Virus record (IMG/VR): IMGVR_UViG_3300024496_000011
Length of the DNA stretch: 64,000 bases
Origin: a virus
Reading direction: 5' to 3' (one strand)
Shown: positions 1 to 8,607 of the stretch, in pieces
Numbering within the stretch: position 1 is the stretch's first letter
How the letters are laid out: each line of letters opens with the position of its first letter
Notes under the pieces: generated by a model
Seen by the model: only the letters and a program-made list of their open reading frames with translations
Told to the model about the DNA's origin: nothing
Databases searched by the model: none
Position numbers and translations under genes: made by a program

Positions 1-8
1 TTTTGGCA

Positions 9-34
9 TAAAAAAGAGGAGTGTGACCTCCCCT
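9..34 (-). terminator. Rho-independent terminator downstream of the nrdAB operon
   Basis: Minus strand AGGGGAG-GTCACA-CTCCTCT followed by TTTTT. Confidence 0.7.
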
Positions 35-39
35 ATCTA

Positions 40-186
40 TCAGATATCATTTAACCATTCTTTACAAAAGTCATAATCTCCAAACATAAACTCATCACAT
101 TCTGCCGCTTCTTTGTATGCGTTCAGAATTTCCTGTTCACACCATTCATCATAGTTTGAATCCTGAGAAAGTATTTTTGGTAACAT
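40..186 (-). CDS. small acidic hypothetical protein (48 aa, MLPKILSQDSNYDEWCEQEILNAYKEAAECDEF...)
   Basis: Hand-translated ORF below the track's length cutoff; overlaps the nrdB 3' end and ends just before the terminator. Confidence 0.55.
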   Translation of the reverse strand: MLPKILSQDSNYDEWCEQEILNAYKEAAECDEFMFGDYDFCKEWLNDI

Positions 187-1336
187 CTTGTTTGATTCCA
201 CCAACTACATATGATTCTACTTCCGTTTCCTGGGGAGCAACCTGGAGACCTTTAGAAGAAATCCAGTGCTGTGTCCAAGGAAGTGGGTTGTTGTTTGCTG
301 AAATATCGTATTGGGGTTTTAATCCAATTGCTTTAAGTCTTCTATTTGCAATCCACTCTACATATTGCTGAAGAAGTTTATCATTGAGTCCAATCATACT
401 GCCATCTTTGAACAGATAGTCTGCCCAACGCTTTTCTTCATTAACAGCACGATCAAACATCTTATAAGTCCATTCTTCCTCTTCTTTCATAATCTTTTGC
501 ATTTCAGGATCATCACCATCTCTCCACTTATTCAGAATGTTTTGAGTAAGTGCTAGATGTTGATTTTCGTCTCTTGCGATGAGAGAGATAATCTTAGCTG
601 ATCCCTCCATAAGCTTAAGTTCACCAAAGGCGAAACTACAAGCAAAACTAACGTAGAAGCGAATACCCTCAAGAATATTAACATTTGCGACTGCTCTATA
701 GAGTTTTCGTTTAACATCATTGATTGTTTCCTTTGCGTATGAGACTCCTTCAAGATTATGCATCCAAGCATTGGATGTACCATAAGTTTGGGCTGATTGA
801 ATGAAATCATCATATGATTTTGTAACGGTCTTAGCGCGTTCCAGAATACGCTCATCGCCAATAATAGTATCAAAAACTTCAGATGGGTCTGAATAAATGT
901 TTTTAATAATATAAGTGTATGAACGACTATGAATCATTTCCATAAATCCCCATACTTCCATACATGCTTCCAATTCAGGTAGTGAGCAGTAAGGAATGAA
1001 TGCCATACCAGGACCACGACCCTGAACAGAGTCAAGCATAATCTGATACTTCAGATTAGAAGTATAGATATGCTTTTGTTCGGGACGAAGTGTTTGATAA
1101 TCTCCACGATCTTTTTGGAGAGATACCTCTTCGGGTCTCCAGAAGTATCCAAGTTGCTGAGTAGTTAATTTGTCAAAGATGGGATACTTGTATGAGTCAT
1201 ATCTCTGAATCCCAAGAGGTTTACCAAAAAACATTGGTTGCTTCTTGGTATCTACTTTTTCAGTATTAAAAACGGTCATTCCTTTAATTTCGGTGGTTTC
1301 TTCGGTTGAAGAAATTTTAAACTGCACAGGATTCAC
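149..1336 (-). CDS. nrdB: ribonucleotide reductase class Ia beta subunit
   Basis: FWRPEEV, QIMLDSVQGR, EMIHSRSY, LEGIRFYVSF, RDENQH di-iron motifs; PQETE C-terminus. Confidence 0.97.
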   Translation of the reverse strand: MNPVQFKISSTEETTEIKGMTVFNTEKVDTKKQPMFFGKPLGIQRYDSYKYPIFDKLTTQQLGYFWRPEEVSLQKDRGDYQTLRPEQKHIYTSNLKYQIMLDSVQGRGPGMAFIPYCSLPELEACMEVWGFMEMIHSRSYTYIIKNIYSDPSEVFDTIIGDERILERAKTVTKSYDDFIQSAQTYGTSNAWMHNLEGVSYAKETINDVKRKLYRAVANVNILEGIRFYVSFACSFAFGELKLMEGSAKIISLIARDENQHLALTQNILNKWRDGDDPEMQKIMKEEEEWTYKMFDRAVNEEKRWADYLFKDGSMIGLNDKLLQQYVEWIANRRLKAIGLKPQYDISANNNPLPWTQHWISSKGLQVAPQETEVESYVVGGIKQDVTKNTFSGFKL

Positions 1337-3614
1337 ACTCTCCCTCCTCTACTGTACTTAACTCACTTAGCAAATCTTGAAGATTGGGTTTTTCTTCTAC
1401 TACTTCATCAGTCTTAATATCATAAGTATTTTGATAGTAAGAAGTTTTCCACCCGTACTTGTATGTAGTCAAAAAGTCATTTGCCATTACAGAAACTGGA
1501 ACTTCATTGTCATCATAGTTCTCTGGATTGTAACTCCAGTTTCCAGAAATTGCCTGATCAAAGAATTTTTGCATCACAGCAACAACATTAATATAACCAC
1601 GATTGGACTCCATATCCCAAAGAAGCGTATAGTTATTCTTAAGAGCATGATATTGTGGAACAATTTGTTTGAGTGGTCCCTTTTTACTTTTCTTAACGGA
1701 CAAGAATCCGCGAGGTGGTTCGATTCCATTTGTTGCGTTTGACACAACGGAACTGCTCTCCGATGGCATTTGTGCGGACAGTGTTGAGTGCCTGAGACCG
1801 TGTTCCAAGATAGATGCTCTAAGATTTTCCCAATCATGCTGAAGGTTTATGGATGAAATTTCGTCTACATCTTTTTTATAAGTGTCGATTGGAAGAATGC
1901 CATCTGCATACTTGGTGCGTCCAAAATATTCACAATAACCCTTTTCTTTAGCAAGTTGGTTTGATGACTTCAAAAGGTAATACTGGAAAGATTCTGACAA
2001 ACCATGAACAGCATCCCATGCTTCCTGAGAATCATAATCGAATCCAAGTTTTGCCAAATAGTGTGCAAGACCAATAAACCCTATACCAAGAGAACGACGC
2101 GCCTTGGTGGCGATTTCTGCCGCCTCTACGGGGTACTTTTGATAGTCAATCAACTCATCCAAACCACGAACAGAAAGATCACAAAGTTCTTCAAGTTCTT
2201 CATCAGACTTTACCTTTCCAACATTGATAGCTGAAAGAATACAAAGAGCAATCTCACCCATCTTATCATCAATATGATGAATTGGATCAGTAGGAAGAGT
2301 AATCTCTTGGCAGAGATTGGACATATTCACCTTATCTTTAAATGAAGAATGAGAGTTGCAATGATCAATATTCATAATATAGATCCTACCCGTCTCAGCT
2401 CTTTCTTTAAGGAGATTGAGAATGAGTTCTTGTGCTTTAACAGTTTTTTTCGGAATGGACGAATCCTTTTCATATGCACAGTAGAGCTCATCAAAACCAG
2501 CGAGTCCAAAGCAATCATAAAGTCCAGGTACATCATGTGGGGAGAAAAGCGTGATCTCACCATCTTGAATGAACCTCTCATAGAAGAGTTTGCTGATTTG
2601 AATGCTGTAATCAAGTTTGCGAACACGATTATCCTCCGTACCCTTATTGTTTTTAAGAACAAGAATATCTTCTATTTCTTGGTGCCAGATTGGGAAGTGG
2701 ACTGTCGCGGATCCACCTCGTATGCCATTCTGCGTGCAACATCTGACAGTTGCTTCAAACTTCTTGAGAAATGGTACAACACCCGTGTGTTGAACTTCTC
2801 CCCCTCTGATTTTGCTGTTGATGCCACGGATCCTACCAGCGTTGATGCCGATTCCCGCCCTCTGTGCAACATATCTACCAATAGCCATATCAGAGCTAAA
2901 GATAGAATCGAGGGTGTCATCAACATCAACAAGAACACAACTAGCAAATTGTCTAAGTGGCGTTCGCACTCCTGCCATGATGGGAGTTGGGATGTTGATT
3001 TTGTGCTTGGAGATTGCGTCATAATACCTCTTAACATATGACATTCTAGTTTCTTTTGGGTACTCTGCGAAGATAGTGAGAGCAATCATCATATACATGA
3101 ATTGCGGAGTTTCATATACTCCACCACCGCTTCTATCTTGCACGAGGTACTTATCAACGACTTGACGTAGACCTGCATAAGTGAACAAATAGTCGCGGTC
3201 ATGATCAATATATGAATCAACTTTATCAATTTCTTCTTTTGAATACTTGTTAAAAATATCATTATCATATACTTCTCGATTTACACAATTGTAAATATGG
3301 TGCTCAAGAGAAGGCAATTCTTTCATCTTTCCATAAAGTTGCTTACGGACTGCAAAAAGAAGCAGACGAGCAGCAACATATTGATAGTTAGGATGCTCCA
3401 AATCGATTAAATCCGATGCAGAACGAATCAAGATTTCTTGAATTTCTGCGGTAGTAATTCCATCATAAAACTGAATACCCGAAGTCATCTCAACTTGACT
3501 CGCAGAGACCCCCGCAAGACCCCTACATGCCTCCTCAACCATCAAATGCATCTTATCTAGGTCAAGAGATTCAATTCGACCATCACGCTTTTTAACCTTT
3601 GTACCGTTGCTCAT
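1317..3614 (-). CDS. nrdA: ribonucleotide reductase class Ia alpha subunit with N-terminal ATP cone
   Basis: VKKRDG ATP cone, PTPIMAG, ASCVL, SNLCQEI active site, C-terminal CESC. Confidence 0.98.
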   Translation of the reverse strand: MSNGTKVKKRDGRIESLDLDKMHLMVEEACRGLAGVSASQVEMTSGIQFYDGITTAEIQEILIRSASDLIDLEHPNYQYVAARLLLFAVRKQLYGKMKELPSLEHHIYNCVNREVYDNDIFNKYSKEEIDKVDSYIDHDRDYLFTYAGLRQVVDKYLVQDRSGGGVYETPQFMYMMIALTIFAEYPKETRMSYVKRYYDAISKHKINIPTPIMAGVRTPLRQFASCVLVDVDDTLDSIFSSDMAIGRYVAQRAGIGINAGRIRGINSKIRGGEVQHTGVVPFLKKFEATVRCCTQNGIRGGSATVHFPIWHQEIEDILVLKNNKGTEDNRVRKLDYSIQISKLFYERFIQDGEITLFSPHDVPGLYDCFGLAGFDELYCAYEKDSSIPKKTVKAQELILNLLKERAETGRIYIMNIDHCNSHSSFKDKVNMSNLCQEITLPTDPIHHIDDKMGEIALCILSAINVGKVKSDEELEELCDLSVRGLDELIDYQKYPVEAAEIATKARRSLGIGFIGLAHYLAKLGFDYDSQEAWDAVHGLSESFQYYLLKSSNQLAKEKGYCEYFGRTKYADGILPIDTYKKDVDEISSINLQHDWENLRASILEHGLRHSTLSAQMPSESSSVVSNATNGIEPPRGFLSVKKSKKGPLKQIVPQYHALKNNYTLLWDMESNRGYINVVAVMQKFFDQAISGNWSYNPENYDDNEVPVSVMANDFLTTYKYGWKTSYYQNTYDIKTDEVVEEKPNLQDLLSELSTVEEGECESCAV

Positions 3615-4579
3615 ATTTTCTTCCAGGTAGTAAATTTAAGTTTTGCTTCTAATCCAGAGTAAGTATTTGATTCTATCACATTTTGAACGTTAAGTCCAGA
3701 TAAAACCATATCATTGATGTCTTTTTCTTTTATTGTTGAAGGCCAGATGACAACTTTTTGTCCATCTTCGATAACACGGGAAATTCTTGATAAGATTTCT
3801 GAATTACGTGGTTCGTTATCGTATATCCAAACACAATCACAAATACCCCACTTAGCAACATCACCATCAGCTCCGCAAAGAGCAATCGCGTTGCGAATGA
3901 AAGTTGAGTCGAATGGACCTTCGGTGATGTAGACAGTTTCACTTTTTTGGACTTCATCAAGACCATAGATTTTTGGTGCATCGTCACTGAGCATTATAGT
4001 AATGTATTTAATCTTGCTGGAACTTAAAGATCTTCCTTGAAATCCAACAAGAGTATTTTGATAGAACAAAGGAATAACAATCCTAGGTTCATCTTTAGAA
4101 GTATCATCGAAGACTTCTTTTAGGGAATTAGTCCACGATTTAAACTGATCTGTGTAATAAAATTTATCCGGGTTTAGTTTTCTATTCTCTAGATACTTTT
4201 TTGCATCAGAATTTTCGGATGCTTTTGGTAAGTTTATCTTTGATTTAAACTTTGGCGCTTCAAATTTAAATACAGGTTCATCGACAACAAAGTTTTTACC
4301 CGTATTTCCCGATTTAAATTTTTCGAAAGTATATTGTTTATAGATTACGGAATCAATTTGCTTTAAAAAATTATTAAAAGAAATATTAATACCACAGTTA
4401 TGACACTTAAAGTTTGTATTAGTTTTTACTTGGTATAAATATCCTCTTGCTTTGGTTTTATTTTTTTGAGAATCGCCACAAATAGGACAACGAAAGTTGT
4501 AAAGATTATGCTTTACTCTTTTAAATTTTTGAAATCTAGAAGAAATCAAATTGATGTATTTAACATCAATAAAATCCAT
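3611..4579 (-). CDS. gp61: DNA primase (T4 gp61-like)
   Basis: Zn finger CPICGDS...CHNC; TOPRIM YITEGPFDS and DxD-like motifs. Confidence 0.95.
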   Translation of the reverse strand: MDFIDVKYINLISSRFQKFKRVKHNLYNFRCPICGDSQKNKTKARGYLYQVKTNTNFKCHNCGINISFNNFLKQIDSVIYKQYTFEKFKSGNTGKNFVVDEPVFKFEAPKFKSKINLPKASENSDAKKYLENRKLNPDKFYYTDQFKSWTNSLKEVFDDTSKDEPRIVIPLFYQNTLVGFQGRSLSSSKIKYITIMLSDDAPKIYGLDEVQKSETVYITEGPFDSTFIRNAIALCGADGDVAKWGICDCVWIYDNEPRNSEILSRISRVIEDGQKVVIWPSTIKEKDINDMVLSGLNVQNVIESNTYSGLEAKLKFTTWKKI

Positions 4580-4605
4580 GACAATACACTGTGTGGAGTC
4601 TGTTT

Positions 4606-4633
4606 ATTCTACTAGGTTATCGTGTTTTGTCAA
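4606..4633 (-). promoter_or_regulatory. sigma70-type promoter upstream of primase-nrdAB
   Basis: TTGACA (4633-4628), 16-nt spacer, TAGAAT (4611-4606). Confidence 0.75.
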
Positions 4634-4724
4634 GACACAAAACAGTTATAAGACCTGTCCACTTTATAACTGAGTTTGTAATCTTTTGAAGAGAATATAT
4701 GGTTGTTTTATTTTTAGTTTTCAT
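4617..4724 (-). CDS. small hypothetical protein (35 aa, MKTKNKTTIYSLQKITNSVIKWTGLITVLCLDKTR)
   Basis: Hand-translated; preceded by the late-promoter-like CTAAATA at 4748-4754; hydrophobic C-terminal half. Confidence 0.4.
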   Translation of the reverse strand: MKTKNKTTIYSLQKITNSVIKWTGLITVLCLDKTR

Positions 4725-4746
4725 TGGCACCAGTGCCAACACTTGA

Positions 4747-5094
4747 TTATTTAGTTTTAACTTGTTCGGTTAAAGAATTTATTGAAGAATTTATAAAATC
4801 TGTTACAAATGGAACAAACAACAAAGCAAGTGCTACAACACCTGCTGCCATCCATTTGAACTTAGAAAGTTCGTCTACTTTTACTTCAAGTTTACCCATT
4901 TTTTCATTGATATCCACATCACTTCTTGCACAATTAAAAATTCTTTCATCATGAACTGCAAGCATTTTACAAATATTCTGATTTGTTTCACTGAGAGTTT
5001 GAATGGCAGCGTCTACACGCTCTACCATTTCCTCATGAATTTTCACTCTTTCTTCAAGAACCGCAACTTTAATCTTTGAGTCTTGTCCGAACAT
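4747..5094 (-). CDS. coiled-coil protein with C-terminal transmembrane helix (115 aa)
   Basis: Heptad-like N-terminus followed by WMAAGVVALALLFVPFV. Confidence 0.75.
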   Translation of the reverse strand: MFGQDSKIKVAVLEERVKIHEEMVERVDAAIQTLSETNQNICKMLAVHDERIFNCARSDVDINEKMGKLEVKVDELSKFKWMAAGVVALALLFVPFVTDFINSSINSLTEQVKTK

Positions 5095-5099
5095 TGTCT

Positions 5100-5315
5100 T
5101 TAAGTTGATTGTTTTTTAGGATCCCAACGATTTCTGGAATTTTTTCCTAATCCAATTATCTTTTTTCTTCTAGTCATTCCCATAACAGGATCAAAACCAG
5201 CAGTTGGACCCTTTGCTTGAGCGGATCCAGAAAAACCACCAGATCCTCCTGGAGCATTTGCGACCATTTGCTCTCTTATTATTTCAATTATCCTGTCCAG
5301 TTTCTTCTTTTCCAT
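5100..5315 (-). CDS. small late protein (71 aa) containing a copy of the mature major-capsid N-arm motif GPTAGFDPV
   Basis: Start reassigned to MEKKKLDR (ATG at 5315); motif identical to gp23 sequence encoded at 34334-34360. Confidence 0.75.
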   Translation of the reverse strand: MEKKKLDRIIEIIREQMVANAPGGSGGFSGSAQAKGPTAGFDPVMGMTRRKKIIGLGKNSRNRWDPKKQST

Positions 5316-5688
5316 TGTAGATTTTATACAGTTCGGACAAACAATACATATCAACCTGAATGTTACTCACACTAGACTTTGGATACTCTGGTAACTTACC
5401 CAAAAAAATAATAAAAGATTTAACTACATTCCACAAATCTTTTTCAAGTTTAAAAAATAACATTGGAGTTGCCGCTTCACCAAATATATTATAGAGAATA
5501 ATAAAGTGATTTAAAATCAAGTGAGTTTTCAATTCACCTGATTTTTTATATCGCTTCAATAATCTTTTAATGTACTTAAAATGATTTAAATCTTTATCAA
5601 AATCTTCTTTGGTTACCGCTTGAGGATTTTCATAGTTTTTTATTGCAAATAAAAGAAAATTATCATCATTCAATTCAGTAAATAACAT
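5284..5688 (-). CDS. conserved T4-like phage hypothetical protein (134 aa)
   Basis: LFAIKNYENP...EDFDKDLNHFKYIKRLLKRY pattern typical of T4-like cyanophage genes in this block. Confidence 0.75.
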   Translation of the reverse strand: MLFTELNDDNFLLFAIKNYENPQAVTKEDFDKDLNHFKYIKRLLKRYKKSGELKTHLILNHFIILYNIFGEAATPMLFFKLEKDLWNVVKSFIIFLGKLPEYPKSSVSNIQVDMYCLSELYKIYNGKEETGQDN

Positions 5689-5700
5689 AGACTATTAAAT

Positions 5701-6465
5701 TCAAGCAGGTGGATAAAGTGGAGTATTACCAGTAGTAATTCCAGACATTGCAACAAGAACTTCGGTCTTGACTCTCATTTCACCTTCAACTCCCATGTAA
5801 GTTGTAACCCCAACCCATCCCTCATGAGTTAAAGCGTATGAAGTTCCTTGTGCTACTTCAATTCCAGCATCAGCAACACCATAAACTGATCTAGCATATC
5901 CATCAGCAAGTCTTGCGAATCTTAATATATCACCTGTACTAATTCCAGCACTAATTGTTGAAGCAAGAGAAATTGTCGTTGCTCCAATGCTATTAATAAC
6001 AACATTATTACCATTGTTTACTAGAGCATCACCAACAACTACTCCAGTTGCCCCATTTAAAACACTTGACGAAATAACATTTGTTCCAATTCCAGCAGAT
6101 GCTGTTGCAGTTCCAGTATATGTAATTGGTGAAAAACTTCTAGCGGCAATATTTGCTGCACTGAATGTACTATCGAGAACAGTATACTTAGGTAATTCGC
6201 TAATATCAAATTGAACTCCAGAAATAGTAGCACCGCTTAAATTGGAGGTAGAAGCAATTGAAAGTTGTGTTGCACTTGTAATTCCCACAATTACAGCATC
6301 ACCATAATAAGTACCCGTTCTAGATCCAAAACGAATAACATCACCAACTGCTGCAGCACCTGCATTGCCAAAAGTAGTACCACTACCGGTCACAGTCAAA
6401 GTTTGATAGTCTAAAGATACTGTACCACCAGAACCTTTAGCATCATTATTTCCCCAGAGTGCCAT
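5701..6465 (-). CDS. putative virion structural/decoration protein (254 aa, G/T/S/V-rich beta protein)
   Basis: MALWGNND N-terminus, EGWVGVTTY...RVKTEVLVAM C-terminus; TATAAATA late promoter at 6500-6507. Confidence 0.7.
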   Translation of the reverse strand: MALWGNNDAKGSGGTVSLDYQTLTVTGSGTTFGNAGAAAVGDVIRFGSRTGTYYGDAVIVGITSATQLSIASTSNLSGATISGVQFDISELPKYTVLDSTFSAANIAARSFSPITYTGTATASAGIGTNVISSSVLNGATGVVVGDALVNNGNNVVINSIGATTISLASTISAGISTGDILRFARLADGYARSVYGVADAGIEVAQGTSYALTHEGWVGVTTYMGVEGEMRVKTEVLVAMSGITTGNTPLYPPA

Positions 6466-6499
6466 GTTCTTTCTTCCGTAAAAGTTATTTGCTAAAAAT

Positions 6500-6507
6500 T
6501 ATTTATA
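6500..6507 (-). promoter_or_regulatory. gp55-dependent late promoter (TATAAATA)
   Basis: Exact T4 late consensus directly after a terminator and 35 nt upstream of the 254-aa gene. Confidence 0.8.
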
Positions 6508-6538
6508 AAAAAAAGAGACCTTACTTTTTGGTCTCTTT
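6508..6538 (-). terminator. Rho-independent terminator
   Basis: AAAGAGACC-AAAAAGTAA-GGTCTCTTT followed by a T-run. Confidence 0.75.
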
Positions 6539-6685
6539 ATGTAAAACAACCCTCAAAAAATTAGTTGTCAGATCAAGTAATCCATTTTCCTCAAATCTTT
6601 TTGTTTTTGCTAACCACTCGGAAGTGGTTAGCAGTAGACCGAGAACAATGGTAACTCCCCAGTTGGTCACAAAACAAGTAATCAT
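6521..6685 (-). CDS. small membrane protein (54 aa, MITCFVTNWGVTIVLGLLLTTSEWLAKTKRFEENGLLDL...)
   Basis: Hand-translated; one TM-like stretch; ATGA overlap with the upstream ORF. Confidence 0.65.
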   Translation of the reverse strand: MITCFVTNWGVTIVLGLLLTTSEWLAKTKRFEENGLLDLTTNFLRVVLHKETKK

Positions 6686-6855
6686 GCTTGTGGCGTAAAG
6701 AGTTTATCCTTTACAAGATCATAAACTACATTATCAATGCTATTATCTGTACTATCAACATACTTTTTAAGTAAGTCAAGAACAAGATTTTTAACTGCTG
6801 GATGTGTCGCGATTTGAATTAAAAGTGGTTTTACCACTGCAACTACTGCGCCCAT
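6682..6855 (-). CDS. small hypothetical protein (57 aa, MGAVVAVVKPLLIQIATHPAVKNLVLDLLKKYVDSTDNSIDNVVY...)
   Basis: Hand-translated; strong SD (GGAGG) and CTAAATA late promoter at 6886-6892. Confidence 0.7.
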   Translation of the reverse strand: MGAVVAVVKPLLIQIATHPAVKNLVLDLLKKYVDSTDNSIDNVVYDLVKDKLFTPQA

Positions 6856-6894
6856 GATGTTCCTCCGTAAGAGAGTATCCTATCTTATTTAGGA

Positions 6895-8595
6895 TTACAT
6901 TAAAGATCCTTTACCATGTTTGGAAATCATTTGTTGTCTCACAAAATCTAACGCTCTTTGGGAGGTCTCTTTATGTCTTTTCATTCTTGCTTCTCTTTCT
7001 GCTGGAGTTTCTGGTTTTGATGCAGATTGTTTTGCAGGAGATGTTGAAGAACGAGCACCCATTCCACCACGCTCAAGTTGTCTATCCTTCATTCGATCAG
7101 AATCTTCTTCAGAAACAGTTTCTGGTTTTCTTTGCTTCATTAATGCTTGTTTTCTAAGAGTAGCAATCCTAGTGTCAAGAGAAGCTCTTTGTTTTTGAAC
7201 TTGAAGTTCTTGAGGGGTTAATGCAGTAGAATCTGCGACTGCTTCTTCAACTTTTTTAGGAATTCTTTCATGTTTTGTTTTTGCAAAATCACGAATTTTT
7301 TTCTCACTCATATCATCAACAATTTTAAGAACAGCATCACTTACTTCAGATCTTGGAGTCTGACCTCTTTTTACCGAAAGAGCAAGTCCAAATATTTTTT
7401 GCTGCTGCTCACTAGCAGCTTTTTCATTGATTACTTCCTCAGATACTGCTTTTTTAATTTTTTTAGCAGCAGTAACAGTTCCAGTAACACCAGATTTTAC
7501 GCCTTTACCAAATTCAGATGCTCCTTTTGCAGCAACTCTTAGTGCTTTTCCTGCAGTTTGAGTTGCTGCACGATGCCTTTCCATTCCAGATTGGTATGCT
7601 TTTACTGCGCCAAAAATTCCTTTTGCAATTGCATCTCTTACTGGTTTCTTAGATGGTTGCTTTTCAACAGCTTTTTTAATAGCAACTGATTTTTTTCTGA
7701 CAGTTGACGATGCAGGACTTGACTTAAATCTTCGAGTAGTTCCATACTTTTGAACTGCTGCCTTTGTTGCTTGAGACGGTGCAGTTCCTTTTGGAAGTTT
7801 TTGAGGACTTTTCTTTTTACCAAGTAAAGTTCTTGCTTCGTTTAATGTATATTCTTCCGAAATTTCAAAAACAAAATTTACAAATTCCTCAAGCCCAAGT
7901 TCTTCAATAAGAATATCTAAACCTTCTTCATTTAAACCCTGTTCATAAAAATATTCAGTCGCAATATCAACAGTTTCAGTAAGAACTTCTTCATCAAGTT
8001 CTACCATTTCAATCAATGTTCCACCAAGATTTTCAACTGATTCACCTATTTTAATACCAGACCCAATTGCACTTGTTTTTATTTTATTTTTTACTTGCTT
8101 TTCAACAATTTTTTGATTTTCCTTATTATCAACTTTATCGGTAATTTCAACCAAATCTTCTCTCCAATTGGAGAATCCTTCTTTTGCAACTTTTTTGCTT
8201 CCACCCATTTCATCCTTACCCAACCTACCCGCAATTACATCACCTCTAGTTACTTTGTCATATGGAGGATAATTATTTGCAAGATTGCCATCATTTGTTT
8301 TCTTCGCTTCTTCCATTTTTTGCTTCGCTTTATCTCTCAAAGCCTTCTTCATGGATTCTTTTTCATTACCATCCTTGTCAAAATCCAAGTAATCTGGTTT
8401 TGCTGCTTCCTTGATACCTTTCTTTTCTCTCATTGCCTTTGCTTTTGCAAGTGTTCTTTCTCTGGCAGCATCTTGCTCACTTTTAGGAATAGCAGTCACT
8501 GCACCAAGTCTTTCTGCAGGTTTACCAGGAACTGCAGATTCAGAAACTTGCTCCAGATATACTCTGGAAATATCATTCAGAGGATTGGTTGACAT
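6895..8595 (-). CDS. putative internal head polyprotein (566 aa) containing a DUF3008-like module
   Basis: Late promoter ATAAATA at 8628-8634; KAASEQQQKIFGLALSVKRG...MSEKKIRDFAKTKH resembles DUF3008; repeated xxE-A/S/G junctions. Confidence 0.7.
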   Translation of the reverse strand: MSTNPLNDISRVYLEQVSESAVPGKPAERLGAVTAIPKSEQDAARERTLAKAKAMREKKGIKEAAKPDYLDFDKDGNEKESMKKALRDKAKQKMEEAKKTNDGNLANNYPPYDKVTRGDVIAGRLGKDEMGGSKKVAKEGFSNWREDLVEITDKVDNKENQKIVEKQVKNKIKTSAIGSGIKIGESVENLGGTLIEMVELDEEVLTETVDIATEYFYEQGLNEEGLDILIEELGLEEFVNFVFEISEEYTLNEARTLLGKKKSPQKLPKGTAPSQATKAAVQKYGTTRRFKSSPASSTVRKKSVAIKKAVEKQPSKKPVRDAIAKGIFGAVKAYQSGMERHRAATQTAGKALRVAAKGASEFGKGVKSGVTGTVTAAKKIKKAVSEEVINEKAASEQQQKIFGLALSVKRGQTPRSEVSDAVLKIVDDMSEKKIRDFAKTKHERIPKKVEEAVADSTALTPQELQVQKQRASLDTRIATLRKQALMKQRKPETVSEEDSDRMKDRQLERGGMGARSSTSPAKQSASKPETPAEREARMKRHKETSQRALDFVRQQMISKHGKGSLM

Positions 8596-8607
8596 CTTAA
8601 TAAGTAC

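Noticed and set aside
2349-3041. 230-aa plus-strand ORF (likewise 14783-15379, 24280-24810, 25789-26400, 35278-35646)
   Set aside because: All lie wholly opposite well-supported core genes; typical shadow ORFs.
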